Shown here piece after piece: positions 60,603 to 64,000 of a DNA stretch of 64,000 nt (positions are counted from its first letter, which is position 1; each line of letters starts with the position of its first letter). The notes under the pieces are model-generated. The model did no database searches. It worked only from the letters and a program-made list of their open reading frames with translations, and had not been told where the DNA came from. Location: assembly GCA_030867685.1 (NCBI GenBank), contig JAQOWU010000007.1, forward strand, positions 930,001 through 994,000, read 5' to 3'. This stretch comes from Wickerhamiella versatilis (taxonomy: Eukaryota). A program made the position numbers and the translations under genes.

Positions 60603-63155
60603 CTATACGACATAATTTTCTAATAGGTTCGCACACTCTGGGCTTGCTGACCGAAGTCGTGAAACTGCGTTGTCAACAAACGGACGAACAGGTATATTAG
60701 CAGGATCCGCAAGCCTCCGTGCTTGAATCCGAACTTGCTCTTGAGTAAATTCCTCGACAGAATCTGCCTGAATAGGTACATCCTCGTCACCCACTAGTGT
60801 CCACATTTCCATGAAATTCGCGGCCTGCGCGACAAAAAGGGTCGGCTCAGCCAGAGCCTCGCACGTTGCTCCAAAAAGTATGATTTTTCGATCAAGAGGA
60901 TCACTCACTGCCTTAACACGACCAAGCCAAGCTGCGATCACTTCATTGGATGTCCCAATAGGTGCTGCAATAGACATTTTTGACAAAACCACTGCCATTC
61001 TACCAGCTATTATGCGTTCTTCCATTGAGTCTGCCTTCAGAAGATAATCGGAGAAGAAAGGAACCAATGTGCGAGCCCATGGCTCGGGTTGAAGAATGGC
61101 TAAGTTCAGGCATGCGACGCACAGCTCCAAAGGTGAGTTCCTCTCAAAGAGTTCCATTAACACCTGGGCAAAATCGACCGGCAATACTAATTGTGGGTCC
61201 AGCAAAATATATCCCTCCAATACACCTATAGAATAAGATGTCAAATCACGTTGTACTGTCATCTGCGCTAGAGGAAATAGCTGCATAACCTCCGGTGTCG
61301 CAACAGGTGCATTTACTGTTATTGCCCTCCAGAAGCTTAGTGCATCGTCCATGAGCTCTTCCACCTGCAACGACTCAACTAACAAGGGAAGTGCACAATA
61401 AGCAGCAGGAGATTTCTCTCGGGCGGATGTCACTACCTGTGCTAGTGTCTGCAACAATGCACCACGGACTAGGAGAGAAGAATCTGCCCAAAGTGGTAGC
61501 AAAGCATTTAATATCTGCTCTAATCGCATAGTATCCAATGTCAAAGCTTCAACTATAGTTCCCATAATCTCAAGAACAGTTTTCGAAACTTCGTCTCCCG
61601 TTCGCAACAGAGAAAATATGCCCTCAAACACTGCATCACCGATGGCCTCGAAATTTTGCGGTTCGAAGTCGAGATCATCGCAGCATGTTCGAATACAATG
61701 GAGTGCGGCCAGGCGCACAGGTAGATCAGAAGAACTATATAAGGCTTGTCCAGCGAAAAGCAAGGCGTCTCTTTGAAATTCAGGATTGCTTTGAGGCACC
61801 CAAGCAGCTATGAGCAAGCACGCACGCCGCAAGACTGGAGGATTATTCTCCGGTAGCGACTGTAATACTTGGGATAAATTTACCCATTGGAATGAAGAAG
61901 CGCCAGTTTCCAGGCAACGTAATGCTTCCTCTGAGGGTAACTTTCGTTGGATGAATTCCCAAGCCTGCACTTCCGATCCTTCATTATTCCGAAGCAATTG
62001 AGCAATAACTTTCTCAGCAGCTGTATGCACACCATCAGGGCGAAGATCATCCACGACAAACTCTGCAGGATCCTCCTCCCAGAGCTCGAGCTCTGAAATT
62101 CTCAAAGCCAAACAGTCGATAAGAGGAGGGAATAGATCCATAGTAATAATGCTACTAACCTGTTTGCAAGCATTCTGGAAGTCCTCACGGTCTGCGTCAT
62201 CCCGAGGTCTCATTGACAACGGAAGAACCCGCTGCGGACGAACCCTAAGTGCACCTGCCAAGAAGGAGAACACGCGCACCGCTAATCTATCAAGATCGGA
62301 GTCACTATTATTTCTCAATTGATAGGCATTTTGATGGATCCAGTGAACATATCCCTCAAGGAGACCCTGAGAATTTGGCATCCCTAGAATCACGAGGGGT
62401 CGAGATTCGATCAAACGCATATGCATCTTTGCTAGTTTCAGTAGGTGCTTACCAGCAGTCCCACCAGCATCAAATACCTTTTGGAAGGCGTTTTCCCATA
62501 CAGATCTCACAGAAGGAACTCTATGTGCGCGATCTATGGCCTCGACAAGAAGACATAAAATTTTCAGTACGAGATATGCCACATCGTCTTTGTCCGCCTG
62601 CAAAAGCTGAATATAAAGATCACCAAAATAAGTTACAGATTTTACAGAGAACTCTTGGAGAGCTCTTTTCGCGGGACCTATGCGTACGTTGGATAATGCC
62701 TTCAAACACTGCTGTAGTGACAGAAGAGTACTTCGCAATACATCTACATCTGCAGCTGTTACTGCTATGCCATATAAATTATCAAGTAGACTTGGCCATT
62801 GCTTTGGAAAGTCAGAGCGGCATATTTTAGCAGTAACAAGAGCACATTGTCGGTGTAAGCGTGCATCATCCGGTCTTGCCGCTAGAGCAATCAACTGTTG
62901 TCTAATAGACTCTCTTTCTGTTGGGCTTATAGCAGTAGGTCGCCGCCAACCCTTGTCGACAGCATTTTTCAGACAAATTATTGCAACCCAGCGTTTCACA
63001 AATGGAGCGTCAATTTCCGCATAAATTTTAAGCAACCCACTCAGATATCCATTTTGGGTACTTAACTGCTCTAACTCCTCCTCCCCACGCTTTCTTACCG
63101 AAGAATCATACTGTTCCGAGGCTTCTGTTAGAGCGTTGGACAGGCTGACGTCCAT
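60603..63155 (-). CDS. KAP120: Importin-11/Kap120 karyopherin
   Basis: IBN_N domain RWVAIICLKNAVDKGWR, AKICRSDFPKQWP, LELWEEDPAEF; start may be 63170. Confidence 0.85.
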   Translation of the reverse strand: MDVSLSNALTEASEQYDSSVRKRGEEELEQLSTQNGYLSGLLKIYAEIDAPFVKRWVAIICLKNAVDKGWRRPTAISPTERESIRQQLIALAARPDDARLHRQCALVTAKICRSDFPKQWPSLLDNLYGIAVTAADVDVLRSTLLSLQQCLKALSNVRIGPAKRALQEFSVKSVTYFGDLYIQLLQADKDDVAYLVLKILCLLVEAIDRAHRVPSVRSVWENAFQKVFDAGGTAGKHLLKLAKMHMRLIESRPLVILGMPNSQGLLEGYVHWIHQNAYQLRNNSDSDLDRLAVRVFSFLAGALRVRPQRVLPLSMRPRDDADREDFQNACKQVSSIITMDLFPPLIDCLALRISELELWEEDPAEFVVDDLRPDGVHTAAEKVIAQLLRNNEGSEVQAWEFIQRKLPSEEALRCLETGASSFQWVNLSQVLQSLPENNPPVLRRACLLIAAWVPQSNPEFQRDALLFAGQALYSSSDLPVRLAALHCIRTCCDDLDFEPQNFEAIGDAVFEGIFSLLRTGDEVSKTVLEIMGTIVEALTLDTMRLEQILNALLPLWADSSLLVRGALLQTLAQVVTSAREKSPAAYCALPLLVESLQVEELMDDALSFWRAITVNAPVATPEVMQLFPLAQMTVQRDLTSYSIGVLEGYILLDPQLVLPVDFAQVLMELFERNSPLELCVACLNLAILQPEPWARTLVPFFSDYLLKADSMEERIIAGRMAVVLSKMSIAAPIGTSNEVIAAWLGRVKAVSDPLDRKIILFGATCEALAEPTLFVAQAANFMEMWTLVGDEDVPIQADSVEEFTQEQVRIQARRLADPANIPVRPFVDNAVSRLRSASPECANLLENYVV

Positions 63156-63270
63156 GTGTAAGCCTACCATGAACAATCGAGCTTTGTACTTGTAAACTTA
63201 GTTGGCTTAGGATAGTCCACCAAAATTAAATTAAATATTACCAGTGTATTCATTAGACTAATTAATTCGC

Positions 63271-64000
63271 TCACCAACGGTTGCTTTCGTCCACAATGTT
63301 TCCTGACTCGACGTAACCCAACTTTCTTTTCACCCTAGCTACTTCCTCCTCATCACCAGTGTTTTTGCCCAAGTTATCGCTGAGCTTTATAGCTGGGTGC
63401 TCATTCACAGATGAAATTTTCATTACAATGTTCATCGGTTTTGATTTCTCCGATGGGTTACTAGCCCGACGGAAATCATTGGAAAAAAAGGTGCCGACAC
63501 CAAACCTTGGAATAAGCCCTTCTTTTTCGGCCTCCTTCTTATAACTTAGGCAACGTTCAAGGTTAAGACTATCACTGTACATGATAACCTTCGAATTACT
63601 GGCATATCCCAGGTCCCGATAGAATTGACCTATTTGGTGAGTATATGTCACTGGATCCCCAGAATCCTGTCGAACACCAGCATAGATATCAGTATATGGT
63701 TTGACAAAAGTCTTCAAAAACTGTTGAGTACCAAATGTATCTGTGAGAGCTACGCCTGCCGCGCCGTTACCTACTGTATCGAGCCAAACATCCATGGCAA
63801 TCTTATTTGCTCGAGCATAGTCTTGTTTATATGCTGCTATTCCCATCATCAACTCATGAGCAACCGTACCAACAGGAGTCAAGCCAAACATGCGCGCGAA
63901 GTGTACGTTAGATGTACCAATAAGTTTTCCGGGTAAATCTGGATTTTCCTTAGCCGCCTCTACGATACCTTTCATCACCAAAGTCTGTGCATCTAGGGAA
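63271..64000 (-). CDS. NPT1: Nicotinate phosphoribosyltransferase (5' part outside window)
   Basis: GTSNVHFA, PVGTVAHE, ALTDTFGT, GVRQDSGDP, FGVGTFFSNDF, IKLSDNLGKNTGD. Confidence 0.96.
   Translation of the reverse strand, partial: SLDAQTLVMKGIVEAAKENPDLPGKLIGTSNVHFARMFGLTPVGTVAHELMMGIAAYKQDYARANKIAMDVWLDTVGNGAAGVALTDTFGTQQFLKTFVKPYTDIYAGVRQDSGDPVTYTHQIGQFYRDLGYASNSKVIMYSDSLNLERCLSYKKEAEKEGLIPRFGVGTFFSNDFRRASNPSEKSKPMNIVMKISSVNEHPAIKLSDNLGKNTGDEEEVARVKRKLGYVESGNIVDESNRW

Overview
Gene-dense, almost intron-free ascomycete yeast chromosome segment with about 45 protein-coding genes and one tRNA-Gln(CTG). Compact proteins, very short intergenic gaps, complex I genes and a Yarrowia-type intron suggest an early-diverging Saccharomycotina yeast such as Wickerhamiella/Starmerella (inference). 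Most genes are housekeeping: YPK1, JHD1, RSM18, SED5, RTC5, SNF7, NUF2, POM152, BRE1, DNA2, PLP2, TOF1, LSM8, AVT2, TDA10, CIR1, STU2, RPL24/RPL30, a Fus3/Kss1 MAPK, MSS1, RUD3, RFC1, RNY1, PTP2/3, KAP120, NPT1. Top observations, mostly not evident from the ORF track: (1) a 49-nt intron that removes the AIM41 stop and joins AIM41 in frame to IND1, predicting a splice-dependent tandem mitochondrial precursor with an internal MPP-like site; (2) an unannotated 49-aa CAAX ORF resembling an a-factor pheromone precursor, with Mcm1-like sites upstream; (3) a solitary, strongly divergent histone H4; (4) a conserved L30-binding kink-turn over the AUG of an intronless RPL30; (5) a strand-oriented TTAGTCA motif near many start codons; (6) a divergent ferroportin-like gene, a likely CENP-I next to NUF2, a miniature Spf27 and near-operon gene spacing. 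All calls come from reading motifs by eye; no searches were run.
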